Positions 50,669 to 64,000 of a DNA stretch of 64,000 nt are shown piece after piece (the first letter of the stretch is position 1; each line of letters begins with the position of its first letter). Location: NCBI GenBank assembly GCA_963825655.1, contig CAWGTS010000002.1:144549-208548 (forward strand), written 5' to 3'. A model generated the notes under the pieces. That model ran no database searches and was not told the origin of the DNA. It was given only the letters and a program-made list of their open reading frames with translations. Position numbers and translations under genes: made by a program. The stretch comes from an uncultured Alphaproteobacteria bacterium (GTDB lineage: Bacteria; Pseudomonadota; Alphaproteobacteria; Rhizobiales; Methyloligellaceae).

Positions 50669-51704
50669 TTGCGCCCGCTCAGAATCATCTTCCTCGCCGA
50701 CACCAGGCCCGGGCACTACCACATCGCTCAGGGCGTGATTACGGCACTGTCGCGCCTCCGCCCCGTCGAGGTGACGCGAATCGAGGTGCAGCGCAAATGG
50801 ATCGTGCCGACGCGCTGGCTGCGGGCGCGCATCAACGCCAAGACGTTCTACCCGCCGCGCATGCTGCGCATGGCCTATCGCATCGAAGCCGAAGCGCTGC
50901 CCGAGGCCGATCTCGTCGTCTCCGCCGGCGGCGAGACCCAGATGCCCAATATCTGCGTCACCCGGCTGCTCGGCGTCCCCAACATTTTCTGCGGCTCGCT
51001 GCTGCGGGGGCTGGAGCCGGAGAATTTCAGCCTGATCATCTCCTCGTATGACCGGGACGCCACGAGCGAGAAGCACCTCGTCGTGCTCAAGCCGTCCTCT
51101 CTCGATCCCGAGGAGCTCGGGCGGCCTGAAATTGTGCCGCGCTTCGGACCGGACCGGCGCCCTGAGATCGTCGGGCTTCTGATCGGAGGCCGCGCCGGGC
51201 GTTTCCACTACACGAGGCGCGAATGGGAGAGGCTCTTGAGCTTCGCCGCGGAGGTCTCGAAGGCCTGGGGTACGCGCTGGCTGATCTCCACCTCGCGCCG
51301 CACCCCGGATAAGGTGGCCGACCGCATCGCCGAGCTCGCGCACGACGGGAGCGTCGTCGCCAAGTTCATCGATTTCCGTACCGCCGGCCCCGGCACGCTG
51401 CCGGAGATTTTCGCCCAAGCCGACGCCATCGTCTGTACCGAGGACTTCGAGCTCCATGATCTCCGAGGCCGTCTCGGCACGGCTGCCCGTGGTCGGCGTG
51501 GCGCCCAAGCGCCATCGGTTCAACGAGGACGAGAAGGCCTATCGGGAGTTTCTCATGAAGAACGGCTGGTCCCGCGTGCTGCAAATCGGGGACCTGTCGC
51601 CGGAGACCTTCGCCCAGGCGCTCTCGGAAATCGAGCCGATCCAGGAGAACCCGCTCGACGCGCTCGCCGGGAAACTGAAAGCGCGCCTGCCTCAGCTCTT
51701 CTAA
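50669..51704 (+). pseudogene. ELM1/GtrOC1-like (glycosyltransferase-associated) protein with +1 frameshift
   Basis: D.RPGH; SAGG; LLIGG; STSRRTP; expected TEDSSSMISEA is broken at GACTTCGAGC (extra T near 51446), and SMISEAV continues in the 51456..51704 frame. Confidence 0.75.
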
Positions 51705-51816
51705 GCGCCGTCTTTGCGCTCTTGCCATCTACTTCCTACATTGAGTTGGCGCGCGCGATTGGCTAAAAGCGCGAGCGAAATTTCCTTACAACCCCGAACA
51801 GCTCGAACGGACGCCC

Positions 51817-53475
51817 ATGGCCACCCCGCAATACGTCTACGTCATGAACAAGCTCAACAAGACCTATCCCGGCGGGAAGCAGGTCTTGAAGGACGTGACG
51901 CTCGCCTTCCTTCCCGGCGCCAAGATCGGCGTTGTCGGTCTCAACGGCGCGGGCAAGTCGACCCTGCTGCGCATCATGGCGGGCGACGAGAAGGAGTTCG
52001 TGGGCGAGGCCTGGGCGGCGGACGGGGTCGCGGTCGGCTATCTGCCCCAGGAGCCCCAGCTCGACGAGAGCAAAGATGTCATGGGCAATGTCATGGAGGG
52101 CGTGGCGGCGAAGAAGGCGAAGCTCGACCGCTATAACGAGCTTGCCGTGAACTATTCGGACGAGACCGCCGACGAGATGGCGCAGCTTCAGGACGAGATC
52201 GACGCCGGCGATTTGTGGGACCTCGACACCCAGGTGGAGCAGGCCATGGATGCGCTGCGCTGTCCGCCGGGCGACGCGGAAGTGGTGAAGCTGTCGGGCG
52301 GTGAGCGTCGGCGCGTGGCGCTGTGCCGCCTGCTGCTCGCCAAGCCCGACATTCTGCTGCTCGACGAGCCGACCAACCATTTGGACGCGGAAAGCGTCGC
52401 CTGGCTCGAGCACCATTTGCGCGATTATCCCGGCACCATCGTCATGGTGACCCACGACCGCTACTTCCTCGACAACATCACCGAGTGGACGCTCGAGCTC
52501 GATCGCGGGGCGGGGGTTCCCTACAAGGGCAACTACTCGTCCTGGCTCGAGCAGAAGCAGAAGCGTCTTGAAGTCGAAGGCCGGCAGGAAGAGGCCAAGC
52601 AGCGCACGCTCGCCCGCGAGCTCGATTGGATCCGCGCGAGTCCGAAAGCCCGTCAGGCCAAGTCCAAGGCGCGTATACGCGCTTATGACGAGCTTCTGGC
52701 CGAGGCCGGCAAGGACAAGTCGGCGAAAACGCAGATCACCATCCCGCCGGGCCCGCGTCTCGGCGAGGTGGTCATCGAGGCGGAGGGGCTTGAGAAAGCG
52801 TTCGGCGAGCGCCTGTTGATCGACGATCTCTCCTTCAAGCTGCCGCCGGGCGGCATTGTCGGCGTCATCGGTCCGAACGGCGCGGGCAAGACCACGCTGT
52901 TCCGCATGATCGTCGGCCAGGAGACGCCGGACAACGGCGATATCCGGGTGGGCGACACGGTGAAGCTCGGCTATGTGGACCAGTCCCGCGACGCGCTCGA
53001 CGAGAAGAAGTCGGTCTACGAGGAGATCTCTGAAGGCGCTGAGGTGGTGACGCTCGGCAAGCGCGAGGTGCCCGCGCGCGCTTATGTTGGCTGGTTCAAC
53101 TTCAAAGGCGGCGACCAGCAGAAGAAGGTCGGCCAGCTTTCGGGCGGTGAGCGCAACCGCGTCCATCTCGCCAAGATGCTGAAATCAGGCGCAAATCTGA
53201 TCTTGCTCGACGAACCCACCAACGACCTCGACGTGGAGACACTGTCGTCGCTCGAAGCGGCGCTGGAAGATTTCGCCGGCTGCGCCGTCATCATCAGCCA
53301 TGATCGCTTCTTTCTCGACCGTATCGCCACCCACATCCTGGCGTTCGAAGGCGACAGCCACGTGGAGTGGTTCGAGGGCAATTTCGAGGACTACGAGGAG
53401 GACAAGAAGCGCCGCCTCGGCGAGGACTCGATCATCCCGAAGCGCATCAAATACAAGAAATTCGCGCGCGCCTGA
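51817..53475 (+). CDS. ettA: Energy-dependent translational throttle protein (ABC-F)
   Basis: Two ABC domains ([21 protein letters not shown]); YKGNYSSWL linker; IKYKK end. Confidence 0.95.
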   Translation: MATPQYVYVMNKLNKTYPGGKQVLKDVTLAFLPGAKIGVVGLNGAGKSTLLRIMAGDEKEFVGEAWAADGVAVGYLPQEPQLDESKDVMGNVMEGVAAKKAKLDRYNELAVNYSDETADEMAQLQDEIDAGDLWDLDTQVEQAMDALRCPPGDAEVVKLSGGERRRVALCRLLLAKPDILLLDEPTNHLDAESVAWLEHHLRDYPGTIVMVTHDRYFLDNITEWTLELDRGAGVPYKGNYSSWLEQKQKRLEVEGRQEEAKQRTLARELDWIRASPKARQAKSKARIRAYDELLAEAGKDKSAKTQITIPPGPRLGEVVIEAEGLEKAFGERLLIDDLSFKLPPGGIVGVIGPNGAGKTTLFRMIVGQETPDNGDIRVGDTVKLGYVDQSRDALDEKKSVYEEISEGAEVVTLGKREVPARAYVGWFNFKGGDQQKKVGQLSGGERNRVHLAKMLKSGANLILLDEPTNDLDVETLSSLEAALEDFAGCAVIISHDRFFLDRIATHILAFEGDSHVEWFEGNFEDYEEDKKRRLGEDSIIPKRIKYKKFARA

Positions 53476-53487
53476 GCATAGTGGCCG

Positions 53488-53628
53488 ATGACCGTCACCA
53501 TAACCGCCTTTGAACGGTCGCCAGATGGCGGCAGGGGACTGGCGCGCGATACGCGCGTGCGATGGGCGCTTGAACACCGCAAGCGAGCGGCCAGCCGATT
53601 GAGGTTCGTCCTTGCTCGAAGCCGCTGA
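53488..53628 (+). pseudogene. Glutathione S-transferase N-terminal remnant
   Basis: MTVTITAFERSPDGGRGLARDTRVRWALE, then GQPIEVR in a shifted frame; rest missing. Confidence 0.7.
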
Positions 53629-53631
53629 CCC

Positions 53632-54468
53632 CTAACTCGCCGGCTTCACGAATTTCAGGGTCATGCGATCACTCTCGCCGATCGCCTCGTATTTGTCGCG
53701 GTTCTCGTCGCCGAGGCGAAGCGAGGGGGGCAGCGTCCACACGCCCTTCGCATAGTCCTTCGTGTCTTTCGGATTGGCGTTGATCTCGGATTTTTCCGCG
53801 AGCTCGAAGCCCGCCTTCTCGGCCAACGCGATCACATACTCCTCGTTCACGTAGCCTGAGCCCCCTTTGGGGTCCTGCTCCACCTTGGGATCACCGCGAT
53901 GCTGTACGACGCCGAGCACGCCGCCCGGCTTGAGCGCCTTGAACATCGTGGCAAAGGCCTCGTTCTCGGTGCCTGATCCCATGAAGCTATGCAGGTTGCG
54001 GAAGGTGAGGACGAGGTCGGCCGAGCCTGCCGGTGCGATGTCGCCGTCCTTGGTCAGCGTCGTCCGTTTCACTTCGCCGTAAAGCTCGGGCGCGTCCTTC
54101 ACTTTTTGATCGAAGGCTTCGAGCGATCTCTGACCCGGTGCGTAGGACGGATCGCTCGGGCGCTGGGCGGCGTAGAACGTGCCGCTGCCTTTGAGATAGG
54201 GCGCGAGAATTTCAGAGTACCAGCCCCGGCCCGGATAGATTTCGACTACCGTCATGTCCGGCCTGATGCCGAAGAAGGTGAGCGTCTCGTACGGGTGGCG
54301 GTATGCATCGCGGGCTCTGTTCTCCTTCGATCGGTGGTCGCCGGCGATAGCCTCCTTGAGGCGATCGTCTTGCGTCGGCGTCTCCTCCGCGTGAGCGGCG
54401 AGAGAGCCGAGCGCCAAAAATCCGAGCAAGAAAATCAGGCGAGTCGGGCTGGTGCGTACTGCGGTCAT
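53632..54468 (-). CDS. Secreted predicted SAM methyltransferase
   Basis: Signal peptide; RD.YRHP.ETL.FFG; VVEIYPG.GWY; LTFRNLH; GESDRM. Confidence 0.85.
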   Translation of the reverse strand: MTAVRTSPTRLIFLLGFLALGSLAAHAEETPTQDDRLKEAIAGDHRSKENRARDAYRHPYETLTFFGIRPDMTVVEIYPGRGWYSEILAPYLKGSGTFYAAQRPSDPSYAPGQRSLEAFDQKVKDAPELYGEVKRTTLTKDGDIAPAGSADLVLTFRNLHSFMGSGTENEAFATMFKALKPGGVLGVVQHRGDPKVEQDPKGGSGYVNEEYVIALAEKAGFELAEKSEINANPKDTKDYAKGVWTLPPSLRLGDENRDKYEAIGESDRMTLKFVKPAS

Positions 54469-54613
54469 GGTTCCTCTTGGCTGGTGGGACGGTCGATATG
54501 CTAGGAGCCTAGCAGCTAAGGACCGCGTGCGAACGCTTGAGCCTGTTCAAGTTTGCTTGAAATCGGCCGGTTTTTGGCGGCCCTCCGAAGCCCTTGCACC
54601 ACCCTCCGGGAAG

Positions 54614-54633
54614 ATATAAACATATCTTTATGT
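54614..54633. promoter_or_regulatory. SahR-type operator overlapping the regulator's start codon
   Basis: ATATAAA-CATATC-TTTATGT inverted repeat at the head of the met operon. Confidence 0.7.
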
Positions 54634-55664
54634 CAGGTGATGATCAGAGCCGCGCGGCCATGCCAGGTCTTTCCGCCGATCAAGCGCTTGCCGCGCTGCG
54701 GGGCGCGGGCGAGGCCACGCGCCTGCGCATCCTGGCCTTGCTCGCGGGCGCCGAACTGAACGTCAAGGATCTGACCCAGATTTTGGCTCAGAGCCAGCCG
54801 CGCATCAGCCGCCACCTAAAACTCATGGCCGAAGCCAGCCTCATCACCCGGTTCCGCGAGGGCTCCTGGGTGTTCTTTCGGGCCGCCGACAGCGGGCCGG
54901 AAGGGACGCTCGCCCGCGCCATCGTGGGCAGCCTCGACCCGGCCGATTTGACGCTCGCCCGGGATCGCGCCCGCGCCGAAGCCGTGCAGAAGGCGCGCGC
55001 CGAGGCGGCGCAGAGCTACTTCAAGGCGCATGCCGCGGAGTGGGATTCCATTCGCACGCTTCATGTGGCCGAGAGCCAGGTCGAAGCCGCCATGGACGAG
55101 GCCTTGGGCGAGGGGCCTTTCGAGCGCCTGGTCGATCTCGGCACGGGCACGGGTCGCATCCTCGAACTGTTCGGCCCGCGCGCCAAGAAGGTGCTCGGCT
55201 TCGATCTCAATCACGACATGCTGGCCTATGCGCGCATGAAGCTAGAACGCGCCGGGCTTTCCCAGGCGCAAGTCCGCCACGGCGATCTCTATAACGTGCC
55301 GCTGCCCGACGAGGCCGCCGACGCGGTGGTGCTGCACCAGGTGCTGCACTTCCTCGACGACCCAGCGTCCGCCGTGGCCGAAGCGGCCCGCGTGCTGGCG
55401 CCGGGCGGCAAGCTGCTGGTCGTGGATTTCGCGCCGCATGAGCTCGAATTCCTACGCGAGCAGTCGGCGCATCGGCGTCTCGGCTTCGGCCGCGATCAGC
55501 TCGGGCGCATGCTCGAAGGCGCGGGCCTCAAGCTGGAGCGCTTCCGCGAACTGAGCCCGGGCCCTGCGGAAGGCAAGCTGATCGTTTCGCTGTGGCTCGG
55601 CCAGAAGCCCGTCACCGCCGGCAAGAAAAGAAAACTGAGTCCCAAGGTGGAGGTCGCCGCTTAG
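54630..55664 (+). CDS. sahR: ArsR-HTH plus SAM-methyltransferase-domain regulator (SahR)
   Basis: SQPRISRHLK HTH; VDLGTGTG; LHQVLH; heads metF-metH. Confidence 0.85.
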   Translation: MSGDDQSRAAMPGLSADQALAALRGAGEATRLRILALLAGAELNVKDLTQILAQSQPRISRHLKLMAEASLITRFREGSWVFFRAADSGPEGTLARAIVGSLDPADLTLARDRARAEAVQKARAEAAQSYFKAHAAEWDSIRTLHVAESQVEAAMDEALGEGPFERLVDLGTGTGRILELFGPRAKKVLGFDLNHDMLAYARMKLERAGLSQAQVRHGDLYNVPLPDEAADAVVLHQVLHFLDDPASAVAEAARVLAPGGKLLVVDFAPHELEFLREQSAHRRLGFGRDQLGRMLEGAGLKLERFRELSPGPAEGKLIVSLWLGQKPVTAGKKRKLSPKVEVAA

Positions 55665-56624
55665 ATGCTCGCATCCCAAGACCCACACAACCAAGAGCCG
55701 CACAGCCAGGAGCCGCCCAAGCGCCGCTTTCTCGGCCGCGGCGACATCGACGTGTCGTTCGAGTTCTTCCCGCCGAAGACCGATGCCATGGAGGACACCC
55801 TGTGGCGCTCGATCCGCAGGCTCGAACCGTTGCGCCCGAAATATGTCTCGGTGACCTACGGCGCCGGCGGTTCGACCCGCGAGCGCACGCACGCCACCGT
55901 GGGCCGCATGCTGCGCGAGACGACCCTGAAGCCCGCCGCGCACCTCACTTGTGTCTCCGCCACCAAGGAGGAGATCGACGAGGTCATTCGCGATTATTGG
56001 GATCTCGGCGTGCGCCAGATCGTGGCGCTGCGCGGCGATCCGCCCGGCGGGGTGGGTGCATGCTACGAGCCGACGTCCGGGGGCTATGCGAACGCCGCCG
56101 ATCTCACCGCGGGCATCAAGAAGATCGCCCCCTTCGAGATCTCGGTCGGCTGCTACCCGGAGAAGCATCCGGAATCCAAATCCGTCGAGACCGACATCGA
56201 CATGCTCAAGGCCAAGATCGACGCGGGCGCCACCGGCGCCATCACGCAGTTCTTCTTCGATAACGAGGTCTATTTTCGCTATCTCGACCGCGTGCGCGCC
56301 GCCGGGATCGATATCCCCATCGTGCCCGGGCTGATCCCCATTCATAGCTTCAAGCAGGTCTCGAGCTTCGCCGGTCGCTCCGGCGCGAGCGTTCCCGATT
56401 GGATCGGGAAGCGTTTCGAGGGACTGGACGAGGATCAGGAGACGCGCCATCTCGTGGCCGCTGCCGTCGCGGCGGAGCAGGTGCTCGGGCTCGTGGACCA
56501 AGGCATCACCGAGTTCCATTTCTACACGCTGAACCGCGCCGACCTCGTCTACGCCATTTGCTATCTGCTGGGCCTGCGCCCGGCCAAGGCCTTCACCGAA
56601 GCCAAAGTGGAAACCGCGACATGA
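55665..56624 (+). CDS. metF: 5,10-methylenetetrahydrofolate reductase
   Basis: [36 protein letters not shown]. Confidence 0.96.
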   Translation: MLASQDPHNQEPHSQEPPKRRFLGRGDIDVSFEFFPPKTDAMEDTLWRSIRRLEPLRPKYVSVTYGAGGSTRERTHATVGRMLRETTLKPAAHLTCVSATKEEIDEVIRDYWDLGVRQIVALRGDPPGGVGACYEPTSGGYANAADLTAGIKKIAPFEISVGCYPEKHPESKSVETDIDMLKAKIDAGATGAITQFFFDNEVYFRYLDRVRAAGIDIPIVPGLIPIHSFKQVSSFAGRSGASVPDWIGKRFEGLDEDQETRHLVAAAVAAEQVLGLVDQGITEFHFYTLNRADLVYAICYLLGLRPAKAFTEAKVETAT

Positions 56625-57682
56625 CCCGTGAAGAGCGTATCGAAGCGCTGAAGCGCGCCGCCAAGGAGCGCATCCTCATTCTGGATGGCGCCATGGGCAC
56701 TGCCATCCAAGGCTACAAGCTGGACGAGGCCGCCTATCGCGGCGAGCGCTTCAAGGACCATCCCCGCGATCTGAAAGGCAACAACGACCTCCTCGTGCTG
56801 AGCCAGCCCGACATCATTCGCGAGATTCACAGCAAATACCTGGAGGCCGGCGCCGATATCCTGGAGACCAACACCTTCAACGCCCAGGCCATCAGCCAGG
56901 CCGATTACGGGTTGGAGGATATCTCCCACGAGATGAACGTGGCCGCGGCCAAGCTTGCGCGCGAGGCCGCCGATGAGTGGACGGCGAAGACGCCGGACCG
57001 GCCGCGCTTCGTGGCGGGCGCCGTCGGCCCCACCAACCGCACCGCCTCCATCTCGCCCGACGTGAACAATCCCGGTTTCCGCAATGTCAGCTTCGACGAG
57101 CTGGTCGAGGCTTATGCCACGCAGGTGCGCGGCCTCATCGAGGGCGGCGCCGATACCATTCTCATCGAGACCGTGTTCGACACGCTGAACGCCAAGGCCG
57201 CGGGTTTCGCGGTCGAGCAAGTCTTCGACGAGATGGGCGTCGAGCTGCCCATCATGATCTCCGGCACCATCACGGACCTCTCGGGCCGCAACCTGTCAGG
57301 CCAGACGCCCGAAGCGTTCTGGTATTCGATGAAACACCTCAAGCCCTTCTCCATCGGGCTCAACTGCTCCTTCGGCGCCGAGCAGCTGCGCCCGTCCGTC
57401 GATGAGATGGCCCACGTCGCCGACACCTATGTCAGCGTCTATCCCAATGCCGGGCTCCCCAACGAGATGGGTGAATATGACGAGAGCCCTGAGCAGATGG
57501 CCGTGCTGCTGGAGGATTGGGCCAAGAACGGCCTCATCAACATTGTCGGCGGCTGCTGCGGCACCACGCCGGAGCATATCGGCGCCATCGCCGCCGCCGT
57601 GGCCGACTACAAGCCGCGCAAAGTGCCCGAGGTGGAGCATGCGCTTCGTCTCTCCGGCCTCGAGCCCTTCGTGCATGGGTGA
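56621..57682 (+). CDS. metH: Methionine synthase, homocysteine-binding module (split gene, part 1)
   Basis: LDGAMGT; GLNC; GGCCGT; ends [15 protein letters not shown] overlap with metF. Confidence 0.92.
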   Translation: MTREERIEALKRAAKERILILDGAMGTAIQGYKLDEAAYRGERFKDHPRDLKGNNDLLVLSQPDIIREIHSKYLEAGADILETNTFNAQAISQADYGLEDISHEMNVAAAKLAREAADEWTAKTPDRPRFVAGAVGPTNRTASISPDVNNPGFRNVSFDELVEAYATQVRGLIEGGADTILIETVFDTLNAKAAGFAVEQVFDEMGVELPIMISGTITDLSGRNLSGQTPEAFWYSMKHLKPFSIGLNCSFGAEQLRPSVDEMAHVADTYVSVYPNAGLPNEMGEYDESPEQMAVLLEDWAKNGLINIVGGCCGTTPEHIGAIAAAVADYKPRKVPEVEHALRLSGLEPFVHG

Positions 57683-57712
57683 TCGATTGAATCAACAATG
57701 GAATCCGACTGA

Positions 57713-60394
<2,682 letters not shown>

Positions 60395-60496
60395 ACCGTC
60401 GTCCCGGCGCCCCGGCAGGTTGGATCCGCCGGTGGCGCCTCATGGACCGCTGAAATGTGGGTTGTGGCCTTAAGCTAAGAGGCCGAAAGCCTCGCC

Positions 60497-60580
60497 CTAG
60501 ATCATCCCGAGGATGACGGCGGCGAGGAAGCTGAACGATACGATGGCCGTGACCATCGTTAATTTGGCTGTGAGTTCCAT
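60497..60580 (-). CDS. 27-aa single-helix membrane peptide
   Basis: RBS AAAGGAG; MELTAKLTMVTAIVSFSFLAAVILGMI. Confidence 0.5.
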   Translation of the reverse strand: MELTAKLTMVTAIVSFSFLAAVILGMI

Positions 60581-60952
60581 CGGAAGCTCTCCTTTCCGAT
60601 TGGAGGGGTGCCCGTTCCGCAACCGGGTGACTCTATCGGCTCCCCTCGGCCAGTGCCAAGCCGTTTTCTTGTTGCGCCGCACAATGAAAATTCGCCCCGA
60701 CGCTGAGGCCAACAACGCCTTCAGGGGCTTCTGAGTTCAGGCTGCGACAAATTTTTTTTGCGCAGGAATTGTGGCCGCCGAATAAGCCCGGAAAACCGCG
60801 CCCCGTGGCGGATTGTGCAGCCCAGGGGTGCTAACGCCCTGGATAAGCTGTGTATAGTTCCGGTCGGCAGGTGCCCAGCAAGAACCGTCGTAGCGATTGC
60901 GGGTCTCTTCCTGGACACCGGCCCGTTGATGTCCTTCTCGAGGAGGAAAAAG

Positions 60953-61198
60953 ATGATCAAGACTCTGGTGTTTGCCGGCTTCGCGTCGGCAGTTGCGATG
61001 GGTGCTGCTTCTGCGGCCGATCTTTGCAACGAGGGTCACATGAAGCAGATGGACCAGATGATCGCCGACATGACGGACGAGGCGAAGCAGAAGGAGGCCA
61101 TGGCGGCATTGGATCAGTCCAAGGCGGCCATGAAGGACGGCGACACCGACGAATGCATGAAATACATGGGCGAAGCCCATGCGGCCATGGGCCTCTGA
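60953..61198 (+). CDS. Small secreted Met-rich helical protein (81 aa)
   Basis: RBS AGGAGG; signal (ASA); mature part has 9 Met, 2 Cys, 2 His. Confidence 0.8.
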   Translation: MIKTLVFAGFASAVAMGAASAADLCNEGHMKQMDQMIADMTDEAKQKEAMAALDQSKAAMKDGDTDECMKYMGEAHAAMGL

Positions 61199-61220
61199 GA
61201 CGAGCCTGAGCTGTCGGCAA

Positions 61221-61970
61221 TCAGCGGACGAGCGGAGCGAGCGGCGCCTGGGAAACCATGGGACAGTCGAGCGTCTTCTCGAGAGCCTCGACCAGCTCGC
61301 TCTCGTCGTTGGCTTTGATGTACATGCCGTTGTTCTGATCGGCGATGCACATCAGGTCCATGATGCTGTTCTGCCCGGTCCATGAAAAGCCGCTATAGCG
61401 GAAGCCGATCACGTGGATGGTGAGCTGCGCCGCGTTGTCATGGAGCATCTTGGCGACATCGCACGGCGAGCGCCCGCAAGTCTCCTCGCCGTCGGTGACG
61501 ACCACGATCACGCCGGGCTTGTTGCGGTAGTCGAGCGCCTCGGCCGCTTGCTCGAAACCAGACGTTAGCGGCGTCTTGCCCGCCGGCACGAGTCGGCTGA
61601 CCGCCCGCATGATCGGCTTGGCGGCGTTCGCCGTTGGCTTGAGGTCGAGGCTGACATTGCACTGGTTGTAAGGGCCCGGACCGTACGACACGAGGCCGAC
61701 GCGGCGGAACTTGGTGGCGCTCGGCAGCACTTGCGCCAGCGCCGAGCGCACCTCGTCGATGCGCGGGCGCGAGTTGGGGATGCCGAGTGTCTGATTCCCC
61801 GACATGGACCCTGACGCATCGAACACGATCATGGCGTCGTCGGTACAGGGCCCCGGCTTGACGTCCTCGGCGGCGGCTGCCCAAACATGCCCGGCAAGAG
61901 CGATCGCGGCGGCGCCGGCGATCAGCCGAAAGGGCAGACGGTCGGCAAAGGCGATGCCACGATGCTGCAT
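61221..61970 (-). CDS. Secreted von Willebrand factor A domain protein
   Basis: MIDAS DASGS; G.TPL; VTDGEETC. Confidence 0.88.
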   Translation of the reverse strand: MQHRGIAFADRLPFRLIAGAAAIALAGHVWAAAAEDVKPGPCTDDAMIVFDASGSMSGNQTLGIPNSRPRIDEVRSALAQVLPSATKFRRVGLVSYGPGPYNQCNVSLDLKPTANAAKPIMRAVSRLVPAGKTPLTSGFEQAAEALDYRNKPGVIVVVTDGEETCGRSPCDVAKMLHDNAAQLTIHVIGFRYSGFSWTGQNSIMDLMCIADQNNGMYIKANDESELVEALEKTLDCPMVSQAPLAPLVR

Positions 61971-62084
61971 TTCTTGGACACTCCCTAAGCAAGTTTTGCC
62001 CGGAGTGTAGCGAAGATCGTGGGCACAAGGGAATAGCAGGAAAACCGGGAAAGTCGCTGTTAGCCTTACTTTTCAGAGCGCCCT

Positions 62085-63219
62085 TTAGGGGCTGAAGAGC
62101 AGCGCCACGTAGACGAAGAACAAAAGAAGGTGCACCGCGCCCTGGAGCACGTTGGTGCGTCCGCCGGCAAAGGTCAGCCCGCTCACGAACAGCGTCAACA
62201 CCAGGAGCACGGTCTCGACGTCCGTGAGGCCGAGATGGACATGGATGTTGGCGGCGAACCCGATGATCAACACGGCCGAAATGGTCAGCCCAATGGTCGA
62301 AAGGGCCGAGCCCAGACAGACATTCACGGCGCGTTGGAGATGGTTGGCCAGCGCTGCGTGAAATGCGGTGAGCCCTTCGGGGGGCAAGGACGAGGACAGC
62401 GATCAGCAGACCGCCCAACGGCTCCGGCAGGCCAATATCCTCGATACCGAAATCGACGATCACCGCCAGGTACTCCGACAGAGCCACCACGGGAACCAGC
62501 GTCAACACGAGCATCACCACTTGGTAGGCGAGTGAACGGGTCGGTTTGCGCGATGGGTGGGAGGAGCTCTTCTCGGACCTCGTTTCCGGGTCGGCAAAAA
62601 ACGCGCCGTGCCGCATCGTCTGGATAAAAATGAAGACGGCGTAGAACAAGACGGTGATGGCGATGAACAAGATTGCCTTGCCGGGGGCCTCGACCGGGCT
62701 GGGCGCCGTCTCGGTGAATTTGGGCAGAACGAGCGCGACGATCGACAGGGCCGACATGACCACGAGAAAGGAACGTGCGCCGGTCAGGTTGCACTCCTGC
62801 TCCCAGTAGCGCAGCGCACCGATGAGGAGCGCCGTTCCCACCATGCCGTTGAGCACGATCATTAATGTGGCGAACATCACGTCGCGTGCGAGCGTCGGGT
62901 TGTTCTGCCCGTGCAGCATGATCGCCGCGAGCAGTGCAACCTCGATGATGATCACCGAAAATGTCAGCACGAGCGTGCCATAAGGCTTGCCGAGTTTCTC
63001 GGCCACGGCGTCGGCGTGGCGCACCACGCCGAACGCGCCCCACATCATCACCGCGAACAACCACAAGAACATCGCGATGGTGAGAAAATGGTTCTCGAGG
63101 TCGGAAAGGAGCGCGTCCCCGAACCTCATGAAGACGAGGGTTGTGAGGATGCCGGCTACCGCCGGCGTCTCGGTGGCGAGAAACGACCTTATGCCAGGCT
63201 CTGTCTCGGCTGCTGTCAT
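62085..63219 (-). pseudogene. Ca2+/H+ antiporter (ChaA-like) with homopolymer frameshift
   Basis: GTLVLTFSVIIIEV; MIVLNGMVG; APE broken by C6 (62379-62384); GSALSTIGLT and LQGAVHL continue in the 62085..62387 frame. Confidence 0.85.
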
Positions 63220-63315
63220 GCTGTTCGTTTGCCTCGGACAGGCGGATGACGATCCCCTGAATATCCTGGGCTGATTCTGTTTTGAACATAACGGTCGCTG
63301 GCGACAGCCAAGGTG

Positions 63316-63340
63316 TTCATGTAAAAGCCTTTTACATGAA
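63316..63340. promoter_or_regulatory. Perfect 25-bp palindrome, probable TetR operator
   Basis: TTCATGTAAAA-GCC-TTTTACATGAA covering the ATG at 63336. Confidence 0.75.
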
Positions 63341-63998
63341 TCACTCTGGCCGCGGCTGGCGGCGCCCAAGCTCTTATCATCACGGCAACCTCAAAGAGGT
63401 GCTGCTGGAGGCCGCGCGCAAGCTTATCGAGGAGCACGGCGCCTTCGGCTTCAGCTTGACGGAGGCGGCTCGGCTTGCCGGCGTGAGCCCCGCCGCGCCC
63501 TATCGTCATTTCAAGGATCGCGATGCGCTGCTGGCCGAGGTTGCCCGCCACGGCTTCGAGCGTTTCGCTGCGCGTCTCGGTACGGCCTGGAACAACGGCG
63601 TGCCGACGCCTCTCTCGGCCTTCGTGAATCTGGGCCGCGCCTATCTCGCTTTTGCCCGCGAGGAACCTGCCAGCTACACGGTGATGTTCGGGGCCGGGCT
63701 GGCGCCGGGCACCGAGGGCGAGACGATCCCCGCCGCGGAACGCTCCTTTGACATATTGCAGCAGGCCGCCGCGGCACTCTGCCGCCATCTTCCCGACGAC
63801 AAACGCCCGCCGATCAAGCTTGTCAGCCTGCATATTTGGACCATGGCGCACGGCGTCGCTTCGCTCTTCGCCCAGGAGGGCAGGGCGTCGCGCAAAGTGC
63901 CGATGTCGCCCGAGGACGTGCTCGAAAGCGGGCTGCTTATCTATCTGAAAGGACTCGGGGTTCTCTCCGACGAAGAGAGCGGGGGGACGCAGTCATAG
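63336..63998 (+). CDS. TetR-family regulator
   Basis: YHHGNL; SLTEAARLAGVSPAAPYRHF; HG.ASL. Confidence 0.92.
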   Translation: MNHSGRGWRRPSSYHHGNLKEVLLEAARKLIEEHGAFGFSLTEAARLAGVSPAAPYRHFKDRDALLAEVARHGFERFAARLGTAWNNGVPTPLSAFVNLGRAYLAFAREEPASYTVMFGAGLAPGTEGETIPAAERSFDILQQAAAALCRHLPDDKRPPIKLVSLHIWTMAHGVASLFAQEGRASRKVPMSPEDVLESGLLIYLKGLGVLSDEESGGTQS

Positions 63999-64000
63999 CG

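Noticed and set aside
45903-51704. Integrative element at the tRNA
   Set aside because: No integrase and no duplicated tRNA 3' end (att) found in the window

Overview
GC-rich alphaproteobacterial DNA from a methylotroph; gene content suggests Hyphomicrobiales, Methyloceanibacter-like (inference). 1-10.6 kb is a lanthanide-type methanol dehydrogenase locus: two tandem near-identical xoxF-type genes, an XoxJ-like protein fused to ankyrin repeats, a translationally coupled unknown two-domain periplasmic protein, two tandem cytochrome c genes, and the PQQ-system ABC binding protein plus beta-propeller without permease or ATPase. It converges on the NAD-dependent formate dehydrogenase operon fdsGBAD-modB and its LysR regulator. 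The remainder is a core backbone (greA, carB, carA, yqeY, dnaG, rpoD, panD, tRNA-Ile2, ettA, sahR-metF-split metH) with accessory genes interleaved. Several accessory genes are broken: class A beta-lactamase, autotransporter, adenylate cyclase, ELM1-like protein, Ca/H antiporter, a GST remnant and a 5'-less secreted-protein gene. The window also holds a triplet of sulfotransferase paralogs, several small secreted proteins absent from the ORF track, short palindromic repeats, and recognisable operators (SahR-like, CtrA, TetR-like). No CRISPR array, transposase or integrase was seen.
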